The translations under genes were made by a program, and so were the position numbers. Shown here one piece after another: positions 49,753 to 59,559 of a stretch of 64,000 bases of DNA; the stretch's first letter is position 1; the number at the start of each line of letters is the position of its first letter. The notes beneath the pieces are model-generated. The model saw nothing but the letters and a program-made list of their open reading frames with translations. It had not been told where the DNA came from and made no database searches. This DNA comes from an uncultured Chitinophagaceae bacterium (lineage in GTDB: Bacteria > Bacteroidota > Ignavibacteria > UBA10030 > UBA8401). The stretch is from contig CAYJMS010000001.1 in the NCBI GenBank assembly GCA_964371615.1, positions 688,436 to 752,435 on the forward strand, read 5' to 3'.

Positions 49753-50850
49753 CTACTTATATTCGATGACCATCGTTTTTTTCTTCCCGTTCGGATCGGT
49801 GAATTCTATCCGTATTTCGTTCATTACACCTGCCTGGACCGGAAGAACTGCCGGATTGGATTCGGGAGACTGGCTCGGTGACGTGAATTCAGAACCATCC
49901 TGCAATCGCAACGAAGCATAGACCTGCATTGTCGGTGCAAAGACCTCCGCAGCGGGGAGGGTAAATTTGACCGTTCTTCCGCTCAATGTCGATTTCAACG
50001 GTTTAAACATCTGATCCGTTTTGCTTCGGTAGAAGAGCGAGAAATCCGTGACGATCTTCGATAGCGAATCCATTGTAATCGATGATTGCGAAATTTCTAC
50101 CGTTACCGTTAAATCCTGATTTTCTTTCGACACCGGAGCGCTGATTGTCATGCCGATGGAAATGCCGGACCCGGACGTGGAACCGGTATCCGGTTCAACA
50201 TTCGATCCTTCAGACTTTCCGGAGTCGGGATTTTCCGGCGAACCAAGATTGAGTAATCGTTTTTCCTCGTCGGTGGATTCCTCGATTTTTATGGACCCGT
50301 TGGACATTGAGTATCCGGTCTGTCCGGCGTTCAATGTTGCGCTGAAATTCGACAGAAGGTTCCGGAGATCGACGGTTCCCGAACCGAGGATCAAGACATC
50401 ATTGGAGTCCTGTCCGGCAATCAGCAATCCGCCGGTTCCGCGGATGGATGCGACAGAAGTCGGTGTGGAAAATTCAAATTTCTCGTTCGGACGTTTTTTT
50501 ACATTAAAGCCGAGTTCTCCCTGTTGCAGAAAGACGTTTTTCGAGAATTCCCCTTTGGCAATTTCACCGTTGACCGTCACTTCGGATTTTTCCTGGACGC
50601 GGAGGACCGAGTTTTCCAGAAACTTGATGATGGCAAACGAATTCTCACCCGTACGGACAAGGTCGCCGGAAATAAGCGGCGTTGCGGGTTTTGCCTTTGA
50701 CCAGTCTTTTGATTCCGTTTTATGTTCTACCGTGCCGACCGGTTTGAACATGGTGGCGACGGTTTTTTTCTTTTGCGCTGTCGACGTCGAGAGTCCGAGG
50801 ACGATGGAAAGCGCAACGATGACGATGGATTTCATGGATGCTCCTTTCAC
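49753..50850 (-). CDS. FecR-domain secreted protein
   Basis: Signal peptide, then FecR-fold signature (ISGDLVRTGENSFAIIKFLENSVLRVQEKSEV...ASIRGTGGLL). Ser/Gly-rich linker and a C-terminal beta-rich domain. Confidence 0.7.
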   Translation of the reverse strand: MKGASMKSIVIVALSIVLGLSTSTAQKKKTVATMFKPVGTVEHKTESKDWSKAKPATPLISGDLVRTGENSFAIIKFLENSVLRVQEKSEVTVNGEIAKGEFSKNVFLQQGELGFNVKKRPNEKFEFSTPTSVASIRGTGGLLIAGQDSNDVLILGSGTVDLRNLLSNFSATLNAGQTGYSMSNGSIKIEESTDEEKRLLNLGSPENPDSGKSEGSNVEPDTGSTSGSGISIGMTISAPVSKENQDLTVTVEISQSSITMDSLSKIVTDFSLFYRSKTDQMFKPLKSTLSGRTVKFTLPAAEVFAPTMQVYASLRLQDGSEFTSPSQSPESNPAVLPVQAGVMNEIRIEFTDPNGKKKTMVIEYK

Positions 50851-50854
50851 GTTG

Positions 50855-52012
50855 TTAGTCCTCGATCCTGACGGCGGTGATCCGGTCTTTATTTTCCGTT
50901 AACAGCCGCTGCAAGTCCTGCGGGGAAATACGGACTCCATTCAGGACGATGCTGTTCGTATTGATCGTCAGGTTTTGATCCTGGACAGCGTTGAAAATGC
51001 TCTGAAAATCACCGGAAGAAAATGTGGTCTGCAGAATGTTGATCAGCACCTGTCCCTGCGGATCGGAGATGACAAATGAACGGATTGTCCGCAGCGGATC
51101 GACGTCAAAACCAAAGGCGGTGGAAATGCCGTCCAGCACGATCACATACATTTTTCCCCGTTCCAGCTGCCGGGGGCCGCGGATGAACTCCACGCCAATC
51201 CTGCCGGAAGCCGTTTGCGGATAGGTGAATGTCGTCAGGTTGCCCGATGCCCGCCTGTCGATGCGGACCTGCAAATGCGGATCCGATGCGCCGATTGCAT
51301 CTTCCAGGGATTGATGCTCCGGTCGTTTTTCGTAGACGGAGAGAATCACTGCACGAGTGTCGTATGTCCATTGAAATTGCGGAAATGGCGTCGGGTATAG
51401 ATAACCATTGGTAAACGGCACATCGAGAATGGCTGTGGTCGGATTGGTGACGTTCACTGATCTGTAGATTTCTATTGGCGCCTCACTGACGGCAACACCG
51501 CCGACGGAATCGACCGTCACCACCATGCGGATTTCATACAATCCGGAGGGGACTCGTCCACCACTTGCCGGATCGAGGACCTTATCCTTCAATTTGCTTT
51601 TCATATCCTCGTTGACATCCGTCGTGAAATCAATGTCGGAACCGGGATTGTCTGCGTCCTTACTTGTGAAAATTCTGCCCGCAGCCGGAACGAGAAACGG
51701 ACGCGTCGTTCTGCCGGAAGCGATCTGCTCCGTCTGCCGGTCCTCTTCAAGAGTCACATGCGCTATAAAAGTCAGACTTACCTTGATGTCCGGTTTCCCC
51801 GGTGCGTTATTGAAGATATTGAGCGAAAAATTGGAGGGAGAAATGTCCTTCACTTTTTCCGCCAATGGATCGACCAGCACAGCGGCATTGATAATATCCG
51901 CATCCGTGATGGTCGGAATCACTGTCACTGACTGTCCGTAAGCAAAGGATAGGAACAGCAATGCAGTACAAGCGCTTCGTCTCATGGTTTTACTCCTTAT
52001 TGGTAGTGACAA
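50855..52012 (-). CDS. Secreted protein of unknown function, first gene of the FecR/OMP/cyclase operon
   Basis: Signal peptide (MRRSACTALLFLSFAYGQ). No recognised domain. Lies 4 nt upstream of the FecR gene. Confidence 0.4.
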   Translation of the reverse strand: MSLPIRSKTMRRSACTALLFLSFAYGQSVTVIPTITDADIINAAVLVDPLAEKVKDISPSNFSLNIFNNAPGKPDIKVSLTFIAHVTLEEDRQTEQIASGRTTRPFLVPAAGRIFTSKDADNPGSDIDFTTDVNEDMKSKLKDKVLDPASGGRVPSGLYEIRMVVTVDSVGGVAVSEAPIEIYRSVNVTNPTTAILDVPFTNGYLYPTPFPQFQWTYDTRAVILSVYEKRPEHQSLEDAIGASDPHLQVRIDRRASGNLTTFTYPQTASGRIGVEFIRGPRQLERGKMYVIVLDGISTAFGFDVDPLRTIRSFVISDPQGQVLINILQTTFSSGDFQSIFNAVQDQNLTINTNSIVLNGVRISPQDLQRLLTENKDRITAVRIED

Positions 52013-52099
52013 AATAACTCTTTTCTATTATCAAAATGTGTTAAATGTCACGAGTTGGTAAAAACTTCCGAATTCTTAAAGATTTCGGAAGTTTTAAAA

Positions 52100-53461
52100 T
52101 CAGCCAAAAATGTCGTTATATAGTACAAATACCATAAAACTTAATAAGATGACCATGCCTACCTGTTGGATGCGGATCTGAATTTTATGCGGGAGTGGTT
52201 TCTTTGCGACCAGTTCATACACGAGAAGAATCAAATGGCCGCCGTCGAGAGCCGGAAAGGGAAGAATGTTCATTACGGCAAGACTGATGCTGAGTAATGC
52301 CATGAATGCGAGGAAACTCAAGATTCCAATCTCGGCGCTGCGTGTGGCAATTTGTGCAATCTTAACCGGACCACCGACCGATTTGGTAAATTCCGCTTTT
52401 CCGACTATTAACTGCCAGATCGAATGACCGAATAGTGTGGTGGCATTCAATGTCTGTCTCACACCGCGGGGGAATGATTCCAGCAGACCGTATTGTACGA
52501 TCTTTGTCGGTCCGGTATACCGTGCACTGACCGTAATACCGATCCGTCCGTCGGATGAGGGAGTAACGGAAATATTTTTTATTCCCTCATCCCGTTGTAT
52601 TTCCATCGTGACTGTCTGTTCGGGATTGGCGCTAATGACGCGGATGACCTGATCCTGGTTGAAGACCCGTTCGCCGTTGATCGAAACAATGACATCGTTA
52701 GATCGGAGTCCCGCTGTTTCTGCCGGTTTTCCGGCCAGCACGTCGTTGATGATCGCCTCGGTAAAATTTGGGATGATGCCGAATGTCGTTTCGCTGACAT
52801 CCGGAATATTCTCGCGTGGAATGTGGATCGATTGTTGAACGCCGCTGCGTTCGATCACCAGCGTGATATCCTTGCCGATCTCGTCAAAATAAATTGCAGT
52901 CTGAATGGCTTCCCAATGGTCGATAGCCGTACCGTTGACGGAGACAATCTTGTCGCCGCTCTGCAATCCGGCGTCAGCGGCGGGTGAATTGTTGACAATC
53001 ATGCCGATCTCGGTAGTCTGCATCAGTGAATCGCCCTGCAGATAACTGATTCCCCAAAAAATGCCGATGGCAAGTAGGATGTTCATGATGACGCCGGCGG
53101 AAATGACAATCATACGCTGCCAGATCGGTTTTGCCCGATACTCCCACGGCTGCGGTTCACTCTCTTCAAGGTTATCGTCCAGACTTTCATCCACCATTCC
53201 TGAAATCTTGACATATCCGCCGATCGGAAATGCAGCGACACGATAATCGGTGTTTCCCTGTAGATCAAGATCATCCCTCAGTTTACCGAATGAAAATCCG
53301 CTTATTTTGTTCCATCCGAACACGCGATTTCCCATTCCCAGCGCAAAGACTTCCGCTCTCATGCCGCAGGATATTGCCGCGAGAAAATGGCCGAGTTCAT
53401 GCACAAACACCAGAACGCCGATGGTGATTAAAAAATAGAGGGTGGTATTCAGTAACTCCAT
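52100..53461 (-). CDS. rseP: RIP (site-2) zinc metalloprotease
   Basis: HELGHFLAA zinc motif, PDZ domains and the C-terminal LDGG motif. Confidence 0.9.
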   Translation of the reverse strand: MELLNTTLYFLITIGVLVFVHELGHFLAAISCGMRAEVFALGMGNRVFGWNKISGFSFGKLRDDLDLQGNTDYRVAAFPIGGYVKISGMVDESLDDNLEESEPQPWEYRAKPIWQRMIVISAGVIMNILLAIGIFWGISYLQGDSLMQTTEIGMIVNNSPAADAGLQSGDKIVSVNGTAIDHWEAIQTAIYFDEIGKDITLVIERSGVQQSIHIPRENIPDVSETTFGIIPNFTEAIINDVLAGKPAETAGLRSNDVIVSINGERVFNQDQVIRVISANPEQTVTMEIQRDEGIKNISVTPSSDGRIGITVSARYTGPTKIVQYGLLESFPRGVRQTLNATTLFGHSIWQLIVGKAEFTKSVGGPVKIAQIATRSAEIGILSFLAFMALLSISLAVMNILPFPALDGGHLILLVYELVAKKPLPHKIQIRIQQVGMVILLSFMVFVLYNDIFG

Positions 53462-53477
53462 GGTTCAAACAGCCTTT

Positions 53478-54620
53478 TTATTTGTTCATAAAATATCGTC
53501 GTGTCCATCCGTCTGCTTCAACAATATCTTCGAGCGAAGGGTTCGCCGTGGACGTATGTTTTTCCATTGCTTCGGAGATGATGCGGGGAATGTCGGAAAA
53601 CCGGATTTCATTACAGAGGAATTTTTTGACCGCAATCTCGTTCGCAGCATTCATCACGGCGGGAATTGTCCCGCCGGACCGAAGCGCATCATAGGCAAGT
53701 CGGAGGCACGGAAATCTTTCCGTATCCGGCTTAAAAAACGTCAATTCATTCATCGCGGGGAAATCAATCCGCTGTGACGCAGAGGGGGAGCGAGAGGGGA
53801 ATGTCAGGGCATACTGGATCGGAATCTTCATATCCGGAACCCCCAGTTGTGCTTTTACCGATCCGTCCACAAACTCGACCATGGAATGGATGATCGACTG
53901 CGGGTGTACAACAACATCGATCCGGTCCGGCGCAATGCCGAACAACCAATGCGCTTCGATTACTTCTAAGCCTTTGTTCATCAATGTTGCCGAATCAATC
54001 GTCACTTTGCTTCCCATTTTCCAATTGGGATGATTTAATGCCTGGTCAATGGTAACGGAATCCAATTCTTCCTTCCTCTTTAATCTGAACGGACCGCCGG
54101 AGGCTGTGAGGATGATCCGTCCGACTTCCCGCGATAATTCTCCCACGAGACATTGAAAGATTGCGGAATGTTCGCTGTCAACCGGAATCAATTCCACATT
54201 ATATCGTTTGATCAGCGGCATCATGACAGCACCGGCCACAACCAATGTCTCTTTGTTGGCGAGTGCGATGCGCTTCTGTGCTTCAATCGCCCTGATTGTC
54301 GGTTTCAATCCTGCAAATCCGACCAGCGCACTGACGACAATATCCACATCGCTTCTGCCGGCGACCTCGGATAAACCGTCCTCACCGACGAGAACTTCGA
54401 TGCCCGGACCCACGGCATTCCGCACTTCGTGAGCGGATTTTTCCTGCAACACGACCACCCCTTTCGGCCGGTATCGTCGTACCTGATCCAACAGCAGAGG
54501 GATGTTGTTATTTCCGGTGAGGTACGTAATTCTGAATTCTTCGGGAAAATTCGAGATGACGTCCAATGTCTGTGTGCCAATCGATCCGGTTGAACCAAGA
54601 ATAGCTATGTTTTTATGCAA
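53478..54620 (-). CDS. dxr: 1-deoxy-D-xylulose 5-phosphate reductoisomerase
   Basis: MHKNIAILGSTGSIGTQTLDVI NADPH-binding N-terminus. 380 aa. Confidence 0.95.
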   Translation of the reverse strand: MHKNIAILGSTGSIGTQTLDVISNFPEEFRITYLTGNNNIPLLLDQVRRYRPKGVVVLQEKSAHEVRNAVGPGIEVLVGEDGLSEVAGRSDVDIVVSALVGFAGLKPTIRAIEAQKRIALANKETLVVAGAVMMPLIKRYNVELIPVDSEHSAIFQCLVGELSREVGRIILTASGGPFRLKRKEELDSVTIDQALNHPNWKMGSKVTIDSATLMNKGLEVIEAHWLFGIAPDRIDVVVHPQSIIHSMVEFVDGSVKAQLGVPDMKIPIQYALTFPSRSPSASQRIDFPAMNELTFFKPDTERFPCLRLAYDALRSGGTIPAVMNAANEIAVKKFLCNEIRFSDIPRIISEAMEKHTSTANPSLEDIVEADGWTRRYFMNK

Positions 54621-54836
54621 ATAAGGCTCTTTACTTTTAATATACTGTTGACAAAATACTTAAAGTGAGTATGGGATGCAACGATGGACATTGTGCCTTA
54701 CAATGTTATATTATTATATTCGATGCATCGGCTAAGACAATTCTAATGATGGTTTAAAGCACTCTAACTTGCATATTGTATCGTAAATCACAAAATTTAT
54801 CGTGAGAGTATTGTACCTTAACAAGAAAAATACACT

Positions 54837-55364
54837 ATGGGATTAGGCCAAACAATGTTGACGATAATGGCGTTGATGTTGATGGGAAGGATTATTCTCT
54901 CCATTAACACGACGACATTGGATACCGGTTTCACGAAGGATATGGCCGAGTACCGTATCACTGCGACTTCGCTCGGTACGTCGATGCTGGAAGAGACATC
55001 GGCGCTGGCGTTCGACGAAAGGACCATCGATTCAACACTATATCTTACGTCAAATTTGACCGCGTCGGGAACTTTCGGGCCGGATGCCGGCGAAAGCACC
55101 GTGTATGATTATGATGATATCGATGACTACGATAACTATTACAGCATCGATACACTGGAGAATTCGGCTATATTTAAAACGCGGGTTTTGGTACACTATG
55201 TAACAATATCCGGATCAAATATCGTTACAACGACAACAAAAGGATTCAGTAAAGAAGTGGTGGTCGAAGTTACAAGCGATTATCTGGTCGATTACTCGGT
55301 GACCCCGATAAGGCCGGATACGCTGCGATTTAAGCAAATTTTCAGTTATTGGAATTTTCGATAA
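54837..55364 (+). CDS. Secreted/membrane-anchored protein with a degenerate pseudopilin-like N-terminus (pilin-like A)
   Basis: MGLG-QTMLTIMALMLMG resembles a class III signal (G|FTLIE) but lacks Glu at position +5. 175 aa, otherwise beta-rich. Confidence 0.35.
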   Translation: MGLGQTMLTIMALMLMGRIILSINTTTLDTGFTKDMAEYRITATSLGTSMLEETSALAFDERTIDSTLYLTSNLTASGTFGPDAGESTVYDYDDIDDYDNYYSIDTLENSAIFKTRVLVHYVTISGSNIVTTTTKGFSKEVVVEVTSDYLVDYSVTPIRPDTLRFKQIFSYWNFR

Positions 55365-55385
55365 AAATCATCCTGTAGAAACCGC

Positions 55386-56033
55386 ATGGGCTCACAAACT
55401 ATATTGGATTTGATCGGTTCCACCATGGTCTTCGGCAGTCTGTTGCTGATTTCGCTCCGGATAAACATGAGTACGACCGAAAATATCCAGATGTACCGTG
55501 CTGATCTTATGGTGCAGCAAAACCTTGTTGAAATTACCCGGCTGCTCGAGTATGATTTTAAAAAAATCGGCTATTGTAAAGATCCGTCGAAAATTCCCGA
55601 TCCCTCAATAGCAATTCGGTACGCCGATTCGATCAGGATCTGCTTTCTGACGGATTTTCCAACCATCGCCGATCCGCAGGGAGACGGCGTAGTCGATTCC
55701 CTGAAGTATTATGTCGGTCCGATCAGCGAAGCATCCGGGACTCCGAATCCGAACGACCGCCTTTTATATCGCGTGGAAAACGATGATGCTCCGGTCGGAG
55801 TGAATCTGGGTGTAACGGAATTCGATCTCCGGTACTTCGATGCCATGAAAAACAGTATTCCGTCTCCCGTGTTGTATCCGGGATTAATCCAGTATATGCA
55901 AATTACCATTCAGGTAGAAAATGTCGTTGCTGCCGATTCGTTGCTGGCGAATAATGCATCGTTCGACCGGTCGTATCAATCGGCGTACTGGCGTCAGGTG
56001 CGGCTCGTTGCAAAAAATCTCCGTAACCGTTAA
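55386..56033 (+). CDS. Secreted/membrane-anchored protein with a degenerate pseudopilin-like N-terminus (pilin-like B)
   Basis: MGSQTILDLIGSTMVFGSLLL resembles GFTLIELLI, with Asp in place of Glu. 215 aa. Confidence 0.35.
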   Translation: MGSQTILDLIGSTMVFGSLLLISLRINMSTTENIQMYRADLMVQQNLVEITRLLEYDFKKIGYCKDPSKIPDPSIAIRYADSIRICFLTDFPTIADPQGDGVVDSLKYYVGPISEASGTPNPNDRLLYRVENDDAPVGVNLGVTEFDLRYFDAMKNSIPSPVLYPGLIQYMQITIQVENVVAADSLLANNASFDRSYQSAYWRQVRLVAKNLRNR

Positions 56034-56041
56034 GGTCAACC

Positions 56042-57247
56042 ATGGGACGATCGTCAATATATCTTGTCATTGGTTTCAGTGCGATCATGCTCTTTACCGG
56101 CAAGAATCTGAGCAATGTCGGTGTCGAAGCGCTGGATAATTCTCTGTCGTACTATGAGAATACTCAACGGTATGCAATCGCTGTTGCCGCAGCAAATCTC
56201 GTCTGTTCAAAAATATGGGAATCTCCGTCTTATTCGGCATCCTATACAGATGTCAATTACAACGGCGGAACGTTCAGCACATCGGTCACGAATCTCGGAG
56301 GCGGCATGATCCAAATTGAAGCCGTCGGTTCGTACGGCGGAAAGTCGCAATCGGTGACCATTACCATGAAACCAAGTTCGTTTTCAAAATTTGCATATTA
56401 CGGCGGGACAAGTGCCTCCGCAGCGGCATGGGAAACGGGCGATACGATCGGCGGACCGAGCCATACGCAGGGCAAGTTAAAGACATACGGATCTCCGGTC
56501 TTTTTGGGAAAAGCGACATCAAAGACAGGGATCACGATGACCGGATCGCCGAAAAATCCGCAATTCTTCGGCGGATTTGAATCCGGTGTCGATATTCCGA
56601 TGCCGGATAATACCAGCTACAATAATATTCTTTCCGCTGCCTCCGCCGGAGGGTATATACAGACCGGCGGAGATCTGTACCTAAAATTCAATTCCGACGG
56701 AACAGTCAGCTGGAAGACGTCGTCGTCAGGATCGTATATAACAGTGTCCCTCAGTTATTTTGCTCCCAACGGAGTAATTGCAATTGACAAAGGGAATTTG
56801 TTCGTGGAAGGGACATTGGACGGTAGAGTGACAGTTGCATCACTCCGGTCGGGCGGCAGTTCCGGCGGAACGACAACGATATTGAATAGCATCGTTATGA
56901 AGGACGATCCCCGGACAAATCCATTGTCGGATGATCTTCTCGGTATCGTCAGTTACGGAGATATCACGGTTGAAGACAACGGCGCCACACAATTTGATGT
57001 TCAGGCGTCGATGTATAGTTATAAGGGAGGACTTGCAGTGGAACATGGAACATCCCGGCCCGCCGGAAACCTCAATATACTCGGCGGCATGATTGTGGAA
57101 AAACTGTACGCTACATCCAACGGGGCATCCGGGAGTTCACGTAAAGGATACAACCTTATTCTCCGGTTTGACGAGAGAATGTATAATGATTCACCTGATT
57201 ACTTCCCCGCAACAGGAAAATATGAGATCCTTTCCTGGTTTGAATGA
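56042..57247 (+). CDS. PilX-like minor-pilin-type protein with a Gly/Ser-rich beta domain (pilin-like C)
   Basis: Hydrophobic N-terminus IYLVIGFSAIMLF followed by ENTQRYAIAVAAANLV (PilX_N-like helix). 401 aa. Confidence 0.4.
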   Translation: MGRSSIYLVIGFSAIMLFTGKNLSNVGVEALDNSLSYYENTQRYAIAVAAANLVCSKIWESPSYSASYTDVNYNGGTFSTSVTNLGGGMIQIEAVGSYGGKSQSVTITMKPSSFSKFAYYGGTSASAAAWETGDTIGGPSHTQGKLKTYGSPVFLGKATSKTGITMTGSPKNPQFFGGFESGVDIPMPDNTSYNNILSAASAGGYIQTGGDLYLKFNSDGTVSWKTSSSGSYITVSLSYFAPNGVIAIDKGNLFVEGTLDGRVTVASLRSGGSSGGTTTILNSIVMKDDPRTNPLSDDLLGIVSYGDITVEDNGATQFDVQASMYSYKGGLAVEHGTSRPAGNLNILGGMIVEKLYATSNGASGSSRKGYNLILRFDERMYNDSPDYFPATGKYEILSWFE

Positions 57248-57331
57248 CATCCGCACCTCAACGCTGAAATTCGGTAAATCCTGAAATACTTTTTTCCATT
57301 CCGTTTTACAATTCGTTATATTTCAACATTC

Positions 57332-59179
57332 GTGAAAATAGTGTTTTCCATATTGACTGCAACTGTCTTTTTGACGCTTCTCTTCGGTCAACCGAATAAC
57401 GACCAGAACGTCTTCCGGCTTGCACAGGCGTTCGAACAGCAGGGGGATTATGAGCGGGCTCTGGAATTATACCGCAGTCTGTATGCCCGCGAACCGAACA
57501 ATTATCCGTACTTCGACGCACTCCGGCGCACATTCGTCCAATTAAAGAAATACGATGATGCCATCGATGTAAGCAGGGAACGATTACGTCTGCTGCCGTT
57601 CGATTTCACTCTTCAGGCGAATATCGGCAGCCTCTATTCGATGTCCGGTCGGGAGCGGCAGTCGGATTCAGTCTGGAACCTGATCCTCGTTGCGTCGAAT
57701 AAAAATCAGATGGTCTTTCGCGCCGTTGCGGCGGAACAGACAAACCAGCGATTGTTCGATAAGGCGATCGGGACGTATCGGCGGGGGAGAAGGGAGATCG
57801 GCGATCCGTTTGTCTTTGCCAATGAGATGGGATATCTCTATTCGTTCATGATGGATTACGAGAATGCCGCTAAGGAATTTTTGTTATTGCTCCGTCAGAA
57901 CGAGCAGCAGTACGATTTCATCCAATCCCGCTTGGCAGGCATCATTGCGAAAACGGACGGTCTCCGGGCAGTGACGACGGTTGTCGAAGCGGAAATCAAA
58001 CAGCGGCAGACTATCCCGTTACTGCGTCTGCAGATGTGGTTGTCCATGGAGGATAAAAAATTTTCCGATGCGTTCGACATTGCTCAGACGATCGAACGGC
58101 TGCTCAATTCCGGCGGGGTGGAGGTCTTCCAATTTGCCGAACGGTCGGCACGGGAACACGAATACATGGTGGCGTCCCGTGCGTATCGTCTGGCTCTCCA
58201 AAAAAATCTGCCGGTGCAGTATCTCCAATCCGCCCGGTTTGGTTTTGCTCGCTGTGTCGAAGAGTTAAGCAGTGGCGGGGATACCGCCGTATCACGGCAG
58301 TCCACATCAGCTTCGACGGTGCGAGAGACGCAGCCGAATTTTTCCGATGCGATCGAACTGTATTCTGCGTTGGCGAAGGATTTCCCCTACACTGCCGCCG
58401 CGGCAAATGCACTCTACCGAATCGGGATGATCCGGTACATGCGATTATACGATCTTGACGGAGCACTGCAGGTATTCGATTCGGTCCTTACCGTTGCTCC
58501 TGCGGGGCCAATGGTGGCTACCATACTTTCGGCGATTGGGGATATTCACATCGCGCAAAATAAATTGGAAACGGCCGGGAAAAAATATACCATCATATCG
58601 CAGACGCCGCACGCAACACAGGAGCAAAAGGATCGTGCGCTGTTTCGTTTGGCTGAGATCCAATATTTCACGAATTCGATGGACAGCGCTCTGTCCCTGC
58701 TGCGACCGCTGACCCAGAAACTGAAGGCTGACGAGACCAACGATGCACTATTGTTACAGTATTTTATAACGGAAAACTCATTCCAGTATCGCGATGCATT
58801 GAAGCAGTACGCCCGAGCTGAACTCTTGGCGCTTCAAAACCGGCTGGGCGATGCAGTGACTGAGATGCTGTCATTGATCGACGTGTATCCGGCCGCACCG
58901 CTGACGGATAACGCGGTGTTGACCGCTGCGTCATATTTGACAACACTACAACGGTACAACGATGCAGTGGTGTTGTATAACAGACTTTTTGACGAGTTTA
59001 AAACCAGTACCGAGAAAGAAAAGGCGTATTTCAAGATCGGTGAATTGTATCAATTCTATTTGAAAGAACCGGAAAAAGCAATTACCGCCTATGGGACGAT
59101 TCTGGAAAAATATCCCTTCTCACTCTTTGCCGAAGAAGCGAGAAAAAGAATCCGATTGTTGCGCGGGGATTCTATCTGA
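57332..59179 (+). CDS. Secreted TPR-repeat protein
   Basis: Signal peptide. Multiple TPR-like helices (AQAFEQQGDYERALELYRSLYA...). Confidence 0.7.
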   Translation: MKIVFSILTATVFLTLLFGQPNNDQNVFRLAQAFEQQGDYERALELYRSLYAREPNNYPYFDALRRTFVQLKKYDDAIDVSRERLRLLPFDFTLQANIGSLYSMSGRERQSDSVWNLILVASNKNQMVFRAVAAEQTNQRLFDKAIGTYRRGRREIGDPFVFANEMGYLYSFMMDYENAAKEFLLLLRQNEQQYDFIQSRLAGIIAKTDGLRAVTTVVEAEIKQRQTIPLLRLQMWLSMEDKKFSDAFDIAQTIERLLNSGGVEVFQFAERSAREHEYMVASRAYRLALQKNLPVQYLQSARFGFARCVEELSSGGDTAVSRQSTSASTVRETQPNFSDAIELYSALAKDFPYTAAAANALYRIGMIRYMRLYDLDGALQVFDSVLTVAPAGPMVATILSAIGDIHIAQNKLETAGKKYTIISQTPHATQEQKDRALFRLAEIQYFTNSMDSALSLLRPLTQKLKADETNDALLLQYFITENSFQYRDALKQYARAELLALQNRLGDAVTEMLSLIDVYPAAPLTDNAVLTAASYLTTLQRYNDAVVLYNRLFDEFKTSTEKEKAYFKIGELYQFYLKEPEKAITAYGTILEKYPFSLFAEEARKRIRLLRGDSI

Positions 59180-59559
59180 TGAATCTCGACGACATTCACT
59201 CCTATTGCCTGCAGAAGAAGGGGAAGATCACCCGAGAATTTCCATTCGACGAGGAAGTACTGGTCTTCAAAGTGTTCGGAAAGATTTTTGTGCTGCTGAA
59301 TGTGACCGAGTACCCGTTGTCATTGAATCTGAAATGCGATCCGGAGCGTGCGCTGGAATTACGGGAACGATATCCATCCGTACAGCCGGGATACCACATG
59401 CATAAAAAATTCTGGAATACGGTGACGGTGGATGGAGTAATTCCCGAATCGGAAGTCTATGCAATGATCGATCATTCGTACGATGAAGTAGTGAAGAAAT
59501 TACCGAAGAAAATACGTCTTACGATCGCGGTAAAAAGCCGTTCAACGAAAATCCATTAG
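59179..59559 (+). CDS. MmcQ/YjbR-family protein
   Basis: 126 aa. KFWNTVTVDG...YDEVVKKLPKK is typical of YjbR. Confidence 0.65.
   Translation: MNLDDIHSYCLQKKGKITREFPFDEEVLVFKVFGKIFVLLNVTEYPLSLNLKCDPERALELRERYPSVQPGYHMHKKFWNTVTVDGVIPESEVYAMIDHSYDEVVKKLPKKIRLTIAVKSRSTKIH

Noticed and set aside
54621-54836. Looked for sigma-54 -24/-12 elements upstream of the pilin-like cluster
   Set aside because: TGG...TTGCA occurrences have the wrong spacing (about 18 nt instead of 10); region is simply AT-rich with several possible sigma70 -10 hexamers.
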